Shown here: one piece after another, positions 11,567 through 22,207 of the stretch | How positions within the stretch are numbered: position 1 is the first letter of the stretch | How the letters are laid out: every line of letters begins with the position of its first letter | Source of the DNA: Phyllobates terribilis | Lineage: Eukaryota | DNA length: 64,000 nucleotides | Assembly (NCBI RefSeq): GCF_046119375.1 | Contig: NW_027362769.1 | Span: 365,986,001-366,050,000, forward strand | Direction of reading: 5' to 3' | Notes under the pieces: generated by a model | Told to the model about the DNA's origin: nothing | Seen by the model: the letters and a program-made list of their open reading frames with translations, nothing else | Databases searched by the model: none | Translations under genes and position numbers: made by a program

Positions 11567-12925
11567 TGTGACGCCTCTACTCAGAGAAGCCCGTGTTTTA
11601 CCCTGGGTGATGGGGGACTCGGTGTCGGGCCCTGTGATGGAGAGATGGGATGCAGCCGTGGCCTGGGCCTGACTCGTGCTCAGGGCCGTCACATTAGAAA
11701 GAGATGCTGTGGGCTTGTCCGGGTTGAGTGGCTTATTTTAATGACTACGCCACCTGTGGTGCCTGGTGAAGGGTCACCAGCGCCGCTGCAGTCCGCTGAG
11801 GCCCGGTGTCATGGCGGCTAAAGTTCTCGCTGCTCCCCACAGGCGGAGCAAGGCCTCAGGGCAGGCAAACAGGAAAGAGAGGGGGTAGTAGTGCGGGGAG
11901 TACGGGCACCGCGTCGCATGGTATGCCGCGTAATGAACAGTCCGGAGGCCATAGGGGTGAACTTCCAATGCTTTACTCACTTAGAGATGTCAGCGGGAAG
12001 GCGTCTCCCTGCTCCCTGCGGAGTCCTGCGGCCACCAGGGACGGGGGTCCGACTACCTCCGAGAAAGTCCAGTGTTCGGTAGCGACCCTACACCAGAGTG
12101 TTCCTGCACTATAAACTTCACCCTTTCCCGTCTGTGCGTGTGTAGATAGGCCGGGTCTCCCTCTGAGCTCCTCTCAGGACTAGGGCACGGGTGGCAATTC
12201 CTCTCCATCCGATGCCCGGTGGGATCCTCAGGGCCTAACCGGGCTTTCCCGTCCAGGACATAGAGTACAAGGTCGGGTGTCGAGGGCCGGTACCCCTCTT
12301 GCAGCCGGAATCCCTCTGAATAGATCAGGTAGTCGAGGACAGGTGGCGTGCTCCGCTCCATCTGCATCCTCCCCGGGACCCATTTTCTGGGGAGCCACAC
12401 TCTAAAGCTCCCAGGGCCTTCTTGATCCTGGTCCTTGGCCGGGTTGAGACATTACTTGTCTACAACCTACCTCTCGTCCCAAGGCCAGGGTACGAGGGCT
12501 GTGTCCCTTACCGGCGCAGGCCCACACAGGATCTGCGCTCCCGGAGGGAAGTCACATTACACACAGTATTTTGACTGCAAAGAGACAGCCGACAGACTAG
12601 CAAAGGCTAGACAAAGGACCAGAGAAGAACAACAGACCAAGATCAAAGATGGCTTTCTATTAAATATGAAATTTAAGGTGTAACTAACTTGTAAGTCCTC
12701 CACCCACACCCACTAACTGCTTCCTACCACTTTGTGTTCCCCAGTCTCCCTGTAACCAGGGGAGCAACACCTAGTGCATACTAGCTCCCTCTGGTGGAGA
12801 AGTGTGGTGTTGGATGCAAGGCTGGGTCGCGACCATCACACCGGGCTTACCTCAGAGGAGGAACACTACACTCCATTAGAGAAGCGCAGCATTCCTGTGG
12901 CGGTCGAACCCTCAGGGGCGCCACA
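11567..12925 (-). repeat. 3' LTR
   Basis: TGTGACGCC...GGCGCCACA; PPT AGGGGGTAA adjacent on the minus strand. Confidence 0.92.
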
Positions 12926-13076
12926 TTACCCCCTGGTAAAACACAGCACGTCCGCGGGCTGCAAAAGAAGCAACACCCAGGATGTTTTCTTTTTATGATA
13001 ACATGCAAAACTATCATCCCTTTATGGGAGGCACATTTCTTAAACGTTACATAACAAGGTGCATAGTATAAAAGTA

Positions 13077-13100
13077 TCTACTATATAATTGTCTTATCCC

Positions 13101-13132
<32 letters not shown>

Positions 13133-15177
13133 GTCTGTCTTTCTGTCTGTCTTTCTGTCTGTCTGTCTGTCCTGGAAATCCCGCGTCGCTCATTGGTCCG
13201 GCAGAGGCCAATCAGCGCCGCGGGATTTCTAAAAAAAGATGGCGGCCGTTAGCGGCTCATCTGACGGACGGAGGTCAGCGGCGATGCAGCGGGGAGATGA
13301 GCGGCGCTAGCAGCACAACTACCCCGACCGGCGCCGCTGACCTCCATGCGACTAACGTCGGAAGATCAGCGGCTTGGCCCGCTGATCTCCCGACAGCAAG
13401 TGTGAACGGAGGACCGGGGAGTGGCGCCGCTGGTCGGGATGCTTCTGCTGCGAGCAGCCGCTCATCTCCCAGCTTCTCGCAGCAGAAGGAGCCGCACAAG
13501 CAGCGCCGCTCCCCGGTCCTCGCTAATACGGAGCTGCACAAGCAGCACCGCTCCCGGGCCCACACTAATACCATGCTGATTGGTCGCGGTGGCCGGCCGC
13601 GACCAATCAGCGAGATGGGCGGCAAATTTAAACGCCGCTCTGCTGATTGGTTGCTGCCGGCCACCGCGACCAATGAGCGAGATGGACGGCAAATTTAAAC
13701 GCCGCTCTGCTGATTAATCGCCGCCAGCCACCGCGACCAATCAGCGAGATGGGCGGCAAATTTAAACGCCGCTGTGCTGATTGGTCGCGGCCGGCTACCG
13801 CGACCAATCAGCGAGATGGACGGCAAATTTAAACGCCGCTCTGCTGATTGGTCGCGGTAGCCGGCCGTGACCAATCAGCGAGATGAGTGGCAAATTTAAA
13901 CGTTGCTCTGCTGATTGGTCGCGGCCGGCCACCGCGACCAATCAGCGAGATGTCCGGCAAATTTAAACGCCGCTCTGCTGATTCGTCGCGGTGGCCGGCA
14001 GTCCGCGACCAATCAGCGAGATTGGCGCCAAATTTAAACAACGCTCTGCTGATTGGTCGCTGACGCCAGACGCGACCAATCAGCGAGATTGGCGCCAAAT
14101 TTAAACAACGCTCTGCTGATTGGTCGCGGACGGCAGACGCGACCAATCAGCGAGATTGGCGCCAAATTTAAACAACGCTCTGCTGATCGGTTGCGGTGGC
14201 CGGCCGCGACCAATCAGCGATTTTGGTGCCAATTTGAAACACCGCTCTCCTGATTGGTCGCGGTCACCGGCCGCGACCAATGAGCAGTATTGGCGCCAAA
14301 TTTAAACCCCGCTCTGCTGATTGGTCGCCACCGCTGGCCACGACCAATCAGCGATTTTGGTGCCAAATTTAAACAACGCTCTGCTGATTGGTCGCGGTCG
14401 CCAGCCGCAAACAATCAGCAGTATTGGCGCAAAATTTAAACCCTGCTCTGCTGATTGGTCGCGACTGCCGGGCGCGACCAATCAGCGATTTTGGCGCCAA
14501 ATGTAATCTCCGCTCTGCTGATTGGTCGCCAGCCGCGACCAATCAGCAGTATTGGGGCCAAATTTAAACCTCACTCTGCTGATTAGTCGCAACCACCTGT
14601 CGTGACCAATCAGCGATATTGGCGCCAAATTTAAACACTGCTTCGCTAATTGGTCGTGGTGGCCGGCCGCGACCAATCAGCGATATTGGCACCATATTTA
14701 AACACCGCTCTGCTCATTGGTCGCGGTTACCGGTCACGAATAACCAGCATTATTGGCGACAAATTTAAACACCGCTCTGCTGATTAGTCGCGGCCGTAAC
14801 CAATCACCATTACTGGCGCCAAATTTAAATAACGCTCTGCTGATTGGTCGCGACCGCCGGCCGCAACCAATCAGCATTATTGCTGCCAAATTTAAACCTC
14901 ACTCTGCTGATTGGTCACGTTCGCTGGCCGCGACCAATCAGCATTATTGGCGCCAAATTTAAACACCGCTCTGCTGATTAGTCGCGACCGCCGGCCGTGA
15001 CCAATCTGCGATATAGGCGCCAAGTTTTAACACCGCTTTGCTAATTGGTCGCGGTTGCTAGCCTCGACCAATCAGCGATTTTGGCGCCAAATTTTAAAAC
15101 CGCTCTGCTGATTGCGCCCGGTCGGCCGCATACCTATTCTAGAATACCCGATGCGTTAGAATCGGGCCAACATCTAG
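13077..15177 (+). mobile_element. Non-autonomous Helitron-type element
   Basis: 5' TCTACTATATAATTGTC, (CTGT)n, 3' hairpin CCCGATGCGTTAGAATCGGG followed by CTAG; inserted between A and T; no TSD. Confidence 0.88.
13580..15115. repeat. About 67-bp palindromic minisatellite (about 23 units), each with inverted CCAAT boxes
   Basis: Unit AAATTTAAACGCCGCTCTGCTGATTGGTCGCGGCCGGCCACCGCGACCAATCAGCGAGATGGGCGGC. Confidence 0.95.
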
Positions 15178-15948
15178 TAAAATTATAAAAGTGCTAGCAT
15201 TTTTCCAGAGACATTATTGCAGACAGACAGGTAAAGTGCAAGGACACCGAGTCAGTTCAGAAGTGCGAGGGACCGGTCCTAAACCCTCCACGTTGGCCCT
15301 GGGGTGGCTGCAAGGCATGCAGATCCAGAGTTGGACCTCCCGGAGAGCCACCCTAACAGGTTTTTCTTCTGAGGTTTTGAGGTAGAGAATATCCGCGGTT
15401 TTGCATAAAACCAATATGGAGCACCTAAGGAGATGCAAACTATATACAGGGTGAAAGAGTCTGTCTGCTAGTCCGCAGGGACAGGTGTCTCTAGAAACCG
15501 GGTTAGAAATTAAGCATAATAGGAAAAGTCAACTTTTAAACTTGTAAACAAAACTGCAACAACAGCCGGGGGCTGCTTTAAACTTCGGGTTGCCGTCTTG
15601 GAAAGGGCTCATTCCTCCCGACGGTGGCTAGCCAGTCCCCTGAGGCTGAGCGCGGGGTGGCGTCACTCCCGGACACTTTGTGTACGTCCAGGGCGTACCA
15701 CCCACGCTCCCCCTGGTGGCGAGTGAAAGTCACTGTGTCACATAGGTGTCACATAGTTAGTAAAGCCGAATAAAGACTTGCGTCCATCAAGTTCGACCTG
15801 TTAGGTCTGTAATTGCTAAAGTTGATCCAGAGGAGGGCAAAAACCCCAAATGATTTGGCCAATCTTCACCTGAGGAAAAATTCCCTCCCGACTCTGAAAC
15901 CAGCAGTCAGAATAAATCCCTGTATCAACCTTCTATTTTATTCTATTG

Positions 15949-17856
15949 TTAAGTATATGCAGAAATCTGCCTGGTATCTAGAAAAGCATCCAGTCCCCGC
16001 TTGAACTGGTGTAGTGAATCCGACATTACCGTCTCCTCACTCAGTGAATTCCATATTCTCACTGCTCTTACCGTAAAGAACCCCTTCCTATGCTGGTGCT
16101 GAAACCTTTTCTCTTCCAGTCTTAGTGAATGCCCTCTTGTTACCGTAATATCCCTCCTTTTGAACAAATCCCGGGCAAGGTCTCTATACTGTCCCCTAAC
16201 ATATTTGTACACATTTATTATGTCCCCCCTCAACCTTCTCTTTTCCAGGCTGAATAGTCCTAGTTTTGCCAACCTCTCTGGGTATTGCAGTCCCTCCATT
16301 CCCCTTATTAATTTTGTTGCCCTCCTTTGTACCTTTTCAAGCTCATTTATATCCTTTCTATATATTGGGGCCCATAACTGAGCACAGTATTCCAAGTGTG
16401 GTCTGACCAGTGCTTTGTACAGTGGAAGAACAATGTTCTCATCCTTTGCAGCTATACCTCTTCTGATACATCCCATTACCCTGTTTGCCCTTACAGCAGC
16501 GGCCTGACTTTGGGCACTCCAATTTAGTTTGCTATCAATCAAGATGCCCAAGTCCTTCTCCATCTCTGAATTCCCCAATGATTTCCCATTCAGTGAGTAC
16601 TGGTGACTTCCATTTTTCCTTCCCATATGTATGACCTTACATTTCTCCTCGTTAAACCTCATTTGCCATTTAATGCTCCACCTACCCAGCTTATCCAAAT
16701 CCCTCTGTAGGTCTGCACTGTCCTCTTTTGTATTAATTGTTTTACATAACTTTGTGTCATCTGCAAATATTGATATTTTACTATTTATCCCGTTGACTAT
16801 GTCGTTAATAAAGATATTAAATAACATTGGGCCTAGTACAGACCCCTGTGGTACCCCACTAGTGACGCTTACCCAATCTGAGTATATTCCATTTATAACC
16901 ACCCTCTGCCTTCTATCCTTTAGCCAGTTAGCTACCCACTTGCAGACATTTTCCCCCAGCCCCATCATTCTCATTTTGTATACCAACCTATTATGTGGCA
17001 CGCTATCGAACGCTTTTGAGAAGTCGAGATACACGACATCCACTGGTTCCCCCTGATCTACTCGAGAGCTCACCTCCTCGTAGAAGTCAATCAGGTTTGT
17101 TTGGCAGGAGCGATTCCTCATGAATCCATGTTGGTTCGGGGTTAATAGATTATTAGCATCAAGATGCTCCATGATTGCCTCATTAATAAAGCCTTCAAAA
17201 ATTTTGCCCACAACGGACGTCAGACTCACCGGCCGATAGTTTCCGGTGATACTTTTTGCTCCCTTTTTGAATATTGGCACTACATTCGCCTGTCGCCAAT
17301 CAAGTGGTACAGACCCAGTCTCAACAGAGTCCTTAAATATAAGATATAATGGTCTGTCTATCACATTACTTAGTTCCCTTAGTACCCGTGGGTGTATGCC
17401 ATCAGGTCCTGGTGATTTGTTTATTTTAATGTTACTGAGGCGTTTCTGTACCCCAGCTTGGGTTAGATTTGTCATACTTAGTGGAGGATTAAGCTTGTCA
17501 CTTCTCATTTCGCCTGTTAGTTCTTTTTCCTTTGTGAAAGTTGACGAAAAAAATTTATTTAATAGATTAGCTTTATCCTCATCTTTCTCTATGATTTTGC
17601 CTTCATCACTTTTTATCGGTCCAATATTATTCGATTTAATCCTTTTACTATTTATATACGTAAAGAACAGTTTGGGATTTGATCTACTTTCCCTAGCAAT
17701 ACGTCTCTCTGTTTCCTCCTTTGCTATTTTTATTTGTTTTTTGCAGGTTCTCGTTTTTTCCTTGTAACACATTAGTGCCTCCTTACTGTTTTCCTGTTTT
17801 AATCTCTTGAATGCCTCTTTTTTGCTATTTAACGCCCCTTTTACGTTCTTATTCAA
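15949..17856 (-). pseudogene. CR1 ORF2, reverse transcriptase part
   Basis: KSPGPDGIHPRVL, NYRPVSLTS, YLDFSKAFD, GVPQGSVLGP, FADD; separated from the endonuclease part by a frameshift near 17995. Confidence 0.93.
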
Positions 17857-17990
17857 CCATATTGGTTTCCTCTTATTTCTGGCCCTTTTATTCCCATACG
17901 GTATATACCTCTCGCACTGAGTATTCAGAATTCTTTTGAAGGTTTCCCATTTACTATTCGTATTTCCTTGATTAAGAACTTTGTCCCAGT

Positions 17991-18848
17991 CTATAAGTGA
18001 AGGTTTTCTTTCAGCTGATCAAACTTCGCCCTCCTAAAGTTTAATGTTTTAGTTGTTCCCTTATTGATAACCCTACTGAAGGGCATTTTGAAATTGATAA
18101 TATTATGATCGTTATTACCTAGGTGCCCCCCTATCTGTACCTCAGTTATTCTATCAGGCCTATTAGTCAATATTAAGTCCAACACTGCCTTCCCTCTCGT
18201 TGGTTCCTGCACTAGTTGGGAGAGATAATTATCCTTGATATTTGTCAAGAACCTTTTTCCTTTCTGCGATCTACAGGTTTCTGTTTCCCAGTCAATATCC
18301 GGGTAGTTGAAGTCCCCCATTACAATCACCTCATTATGTTTTGCTACTTTGTCTATTTGTCCTAATAGCAGTTTCTCATTCTCCTCTGTTATATTGGGTG
18401 GCTTATAGCAGACCCCCAGTAATATTTTATTATTATTTTTTGCCCCCTCTATCTCTACCCACATGGACTCGACCCCCTCTTCTCCCTCTCCTATATCTTC
18501 CCTTAGTCTGGGCTTTAGACGTGACTTTACATATAAGCAGACTCCTCCGCCCTTCCCCTGTTTCCGGTCCCTTCTAAATAAACTATAATCTGTTAAATTT
18601 ACCGCCCAGTCGTAGCTATCGTCTAGCCAAGTCTCTGTTATACCTACGATGTCATACCTCTCCTCCGATATAAGCGCCCGCAGCTCATCCGCCTTATTGG
18701 TCAGGCTTCTTGCGTTGGTCAGCATGCAAGATAAAACTTTGGGGTTATTTAGCATCCTATTCTTCTCTAACGATCTAACTGTACTATCCCCACCCACCTC
18801 TCCACCCTCATTATATTCACTTCTCCCCTTCCCCCTTGCTTGCCTCAC
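17991..18848 (-). pseudogene. CR1 ORF2, APE endonuclease part
   Basis: TNARSL, DIVGITETWL, GGGV.LYV, YKPP, MGDFNYP, LDLIL, NDH (canonical SDH). Confidence 0.9.
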
Positions 18849-18882
18849 ATCCCACCTATTTCCGTGGTTTCCCCCCCCATCT

Positions 18883-19809
18883 CTAGTTTAAAAACTCCTC
18901 CAACCTATTAGCCATCTTCTTCCCCAGCACCGCTGCACCCTCCCCATTGAGGTGCAGCCCGTCCCTACGGTAGAGCCTGTAGCCGACAGCGAAGTCGGCC
19001 CAGTTCTCCATGAACCCAAACCCTTCTGCCTTGCACCAACTCTTTAGCCACTTATTCACCTCCCTAACCTCCCGTTGGCGCTCCTGTGTGGCTCGCGGGA
19101 TTGTTAGTATTTCTGAGAAAACTACCTTGGAGGTCCTTGCCCTAAGCTTCCTACCTAGATCCCTGAAATCATTTTTAAGGACCCTCCATCTACCACTCAC
19201 TTTGTCATTGGTGCCAATGTGGACCATGACCGCTGGGTCTTCGCCAGCCCCACCCAGTAACCTGTCAACCCGATCCGCGATGTGCCGGACTCGAGCGCCA
19301 GGGAGGCAGCACACCGTTCGGCGATCCCGGTCTTTGTGACATATTGCCCTGTCTGTCCCCCTAATAATAGAGTCACCCACTACCAGGACCTGTCTAGCCT
19401 GCCCTACACTTCCCCCCTCCCCCTCATTACTGGAGCATACACTCCCCCGGCGGTCAGAGGATCTGTCGTGCTCCAATAATGCCGGTTCTGAACCAGCCTT
19501 CCTATACTTCTTCCCTCTATCCCTTCTAACTGTTACCCAGCTCCCTGCCTGTTCAGCCTGCGCTTCCCCACTAAACTCCACCCCCAGTGTTGACCCATTG
19601 AGTGTCTGCTCGGTGAGCAGCAAACTCCGTTCCATGTTGTCGATGCTCCTCAGTACCGCTATCTGAGCACTTAGATCCAGGATTTGGGCTTCCAAGTGCA
19701 CGATATGCTCACATCTCTCGCAGCAGTATGGATCCCTGAGCGGTAGCTCAGGGAATGCATACATTGCGCAAGATGTACACTGCACGGCTCCGGCCAACAT
19801 GGACGTCAT
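18883..19809 (-). CDS. CR1 ORF1: zinc finger/leucine zipper plus SGNH esterase domain
   Basis: CTSC...CCERC, coiled coil, VVGDSIIR, HIGTND, DGLHLN; frame uninterrupted. Confidence 0.9.
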   Translation of the reverse strand: MTSMLAGAVQCTSCAMYAFPELPLRDPYCCERCEHIVHLEAQILDLSAQIAVLRSIDNMERSLLLTEQTLNGSTLGVEFSGEAQAEQAGSWVTVRRDRGKKYRKAGSEPALLEHDRSSDRRGSVCSSNEGEGGSVGQARQVLVVGDSIIRGTDRAICHKDRDRRTVCCLPGARVRHIADRVDRLLGGAGEDPAVMVHIGTNDKVSGRWRVLKNDFRDLGRKLRARTSKVVFSEILTIPRATQERQREVREVNKWLKSWCKAEGFGFMENWADFAVGYRLYRRDGLHLNGEGAAVLGKKMANRLEEFLN

Positions 19810-19872
19810 TCTAAATATGGGGATACAGTCAGTATATATGTACAAGTACAAAACACAATTATTTATATATAG

Positions 19873-20590
19873 GTGTATGGACGGGGATCAATTAGGGATG
19901 TGCAAGTGTATCGATTAGATATCGGCGCGGGATCAGTTAAGTATGGACGGGGGATCAATTAAGTATCAATTAAGTATGGACGGGGGATCAGCTGAGTGGG
20001 TCAGGTGGATTAATTAAGTATGCACGGTGTGTCAATTAACTATGGACTGGGATCAATAAGTATGAACTGGGGAAATAATTAATTGTGGACTAGGGAATCA
20101 ATCAATTAATTATGGACAGGGGGTTTAATTAAATAGGATTTGGGGTAAAGCAAATAAATAGGTATGGACGGTGGGTCAATTAACTAAGGACTGGGGATCA
20201 ATAAGTATCAATAATATCAATAAATATGGACTGGGGAAATAATTAATTGTGGTCTGGGGAATCAATCAATTAATTATGGACAGGGGTTAATTAAATATGG
20301 TGGGGGATAAGGCAAATAGATAGGGACTGGGGATGAGTAAAAGTGGACAAGGGGAATCTATTAAATAGGACAAGGGGGATCAATCAATTATGGGCTGGGG
20401 GGGTCAATCATTTAAATGTGGTCAGGGGGATCACTTTAATATGGACGGGGGGTGGTCGGGGATCAATTAAATGAGGACGGGGGGGTCAATTTAATGTGGT
20501 CAGAGGGATCAGTTAAATATGGACAGGGGTGTTCAGGGGAATCAATTTAAATATGGACGGGGGGGTAATCAATTAAATATGGACTAGGGA
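19873..20590. repeat. Degenerate roughly 20-bp tandem repeats in the CR1 5' UTR
   Basis: Recurrent ATGGAC(G/T)GGGG(G)ATCAATTA motif. Confidence 0.7.
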
Positions 20591-20850
20591 ATACAATACA
20601 ATTACAATACAGATACAAATACAATACAGTACAGTACACACTTGGGTTCAGTAGGGCCGCTTATCGCGGCCTCCTGCCCCTCACTCACCTCCTCTAGGGA
20701 CGCTGCACGCTATCACAGCGCGCTTGTCCCTCCGGTCGCCTCTTACCGGTCCTCCTGATCACCTCCTGGTCACCACCACCTGGCACCCTCCGCTGGCCGG
20801 CACTGCACGCTGCCACAGCGCTCTCTTGCGCTCGTCCCTCCGGTCGCCTC

Positions 20851-21225
20851 CTACTGGTCCTCCCGGTCCGCTCGGTCACCTCCGCCTGGCTCTCCTCCTG
20901 GGAAGAGGTTCCGACCGGGGTGTCCCTTCTTGAGGCGCTGCTCGACTTCCCGCCGGCTGACGAACACATCGTCCTGGAACTGGGGACACCGGATGAACCC
21001 CCACCCCGCCTCACGATGAAAACGGACGACTTGGCCTTCGTACCGGGGACTGGGATGGGTGGCCTCCTCCTGACGCGCCCGAGTTTTTGCAGCTTTGGTC
21101 CTGACCTCGAGGTGCTCGCAGCGCTGCTCCCGCCGACGCTGCTCCCATGCGAGCTGGAATATCTGGTCGCTGCACCACTGGATCCTCCTCCGCGCTTCAG
21201 CCCTGGTCTCCCGGGGGAAGCCCAT
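20851..21225 (-). CDS. 124-aa ORF with a cold-shock (CSD/OB-fold)-like domain
   Basis: YEGQVVRFHREAGWGFI...DDVFVSRREV matches the CSD pattern GxVKWF....G(F/Y)GFI...DVFVH; ATG overlaps the upstream stop (TAATG). Confidence 0.7.
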   Translation of the reverse strand: MGFPRETRAEARRRIQWCSDQIFQLAWEQRRREQRCEHLEVRTKAAKTRARQEEATHPSPRYEGQVVRFHREAGWGFIRCPQFQDDVFVSRREVEQRLKKGHPGRNLFPGGEPGGGDRADREDQ

Positions 21226-21827
21226 TAGGTCGCCCCCCTAGTTTTCCCAGGCCCAATCCTCAACCTCGGGCCAGGTTCCTGCCATGCAGGTAGCGGGGTT
21301 AGAACGGGTTGCTGCGAGTCCTCTGTAGACGCGGACCAGTCCGGGTTGGAGCCGGTAGTTTCCTCTGCAGCTTCAGGCACCTCCGAATCAGGGTTTGGGC
21401 GGCATCGCAGGTCCTCACACATGGCTGCCGATTCCAGCTCTGGAGCCAACGCTTGCTCCCAGGTGACCTCGTGGGGAATCAGGTACTCCGACATGAGGTC
21501 CAAGATAGTCACGGTAGGCTCTGCAGCCAGGGCAGGGGTTGCACACTCACCCGCCGCTGGGCCGCTCTCGACCTCTGTCACCGAGTCGACTTGTCCTGGG
21601 ACCTCTACTCCTTGACGGCGGTCCCGGATACGCAGCAGCATCTCTTCCCGCCACGTAGCCGTCGCCGCCTCCTGGGCCTCTATCTGCCTTCTTAGGAGTT
21701 CCGGAGCTTCCTGCTGGAGAAATGTAATATCTCCCGGGGTCAATACGCTGCCGCCTTGCTCTCTGCCGGGTGAAGGGCCTGAACCGGGTTCAGTAGATGC
21801 GTGGTCTTGCTCCCCAGAGGCATCCAT
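21225..21827 (-). CDS. 200-aa acidic, predicted coiled-coil ORF of unknown function
   Basis: Open frame downstream of the PBS; its stop overlaps the start of the CSD ORF; no gag motif recognised. Confidence 0.5.
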   Translation of the reverse strand: MDASGEQDHASTEPGSGPSPGREQGGSVLTPGDITFLQQEAPELLRRQIEAQEAATATWREEMLLRIRDRRQGVEVPGQVDSVTEVESGPAAGECATPALAAEPTVTILDLMSEYLIPHEVTWEQALAPELESAAMCEDLRCRPNPDSEVPEAAEETTGSNPDWSASTEDSQQPVLTPLPAWQEPGPRLRIGPGKTRGAT

Positions 21828-22186
21828 GTCTGCCTCCGTTGACTGCCAAGCTCCAACTGCAATGGCCGAACCTTGTTGCTTTGCTTCTTCCTCCTCTCTC
21901 GGGGCGGTTCCTGGGCGGAATGCTGACAGGCCCGCCTTTGTTCAGCCCATCCAGTTTGATGGGCATTACCCCGCGGACAGTCTCTGATGGAAGGGGCAGT
22001 CCACCTTTTTGGCGCCAAGCGGGAGCCCAGCCCACGATGGGAGGTGTTCAAAGACAGTCTTTTCACAGCATTATGGCGTCTGTTCTTCTTGGGCGGGCGC
22101 CATTTTAAGTGTAAACAACAGTTCAAGGTGTAAGGCACACAGTACCCGATAGCAATGGGCACTTCTTCCTTTGCTGCGGGCACGCG

Positions 22187-22204
22187 ATCCTGCCGACTAC
22201 GCCA
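22187..22204 (-). other. Primer-binding site complementary to the tRNA-Ser (AGA-type) 3' end
   Basis: TGGCGTAGTCGGCAGGAT, 3 nt from the LTR; the plus strand reads ATCCTGCCGACTACGCCA as in vertebrate tRNA-Ser. Confidence 0.9.
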
Positions 22205-22207
22205 GGT

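Larger units (their letters stand above)
15734..20695 (-). mobile_element. Full-length CR1-clade LINE nested in the LTR element
   Basis: ORF1 and ORF2, CR1-type 3' end GAACTTGATGGAC...ACTATGTGAC repeats, repetitive 5' UTR. Confidence 0.92.

Noticed and set aside
13580-15115. CRISPR-like array of palindromic repeats (also 27720-29870)
   Set aside because: No unique spacers and no cas genes, in a vertebrate context; the units are contiguous minisatellite copies inside Helitron termini.
22030-22110. Short upstream ORF MAPAQEEQTP ending in another TAATG
   Set aside because: The following frame stops after two codons; it cannot be distinguished from chance or decay without other copies.
22187-22204. 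tRNA-Ser gene
   Set aside because: Only the 3' 18 nt including CCA match, and they lie next to an LTR, so this is a PBS. I saw no tRNA, 5S or snRNA gene in the window.
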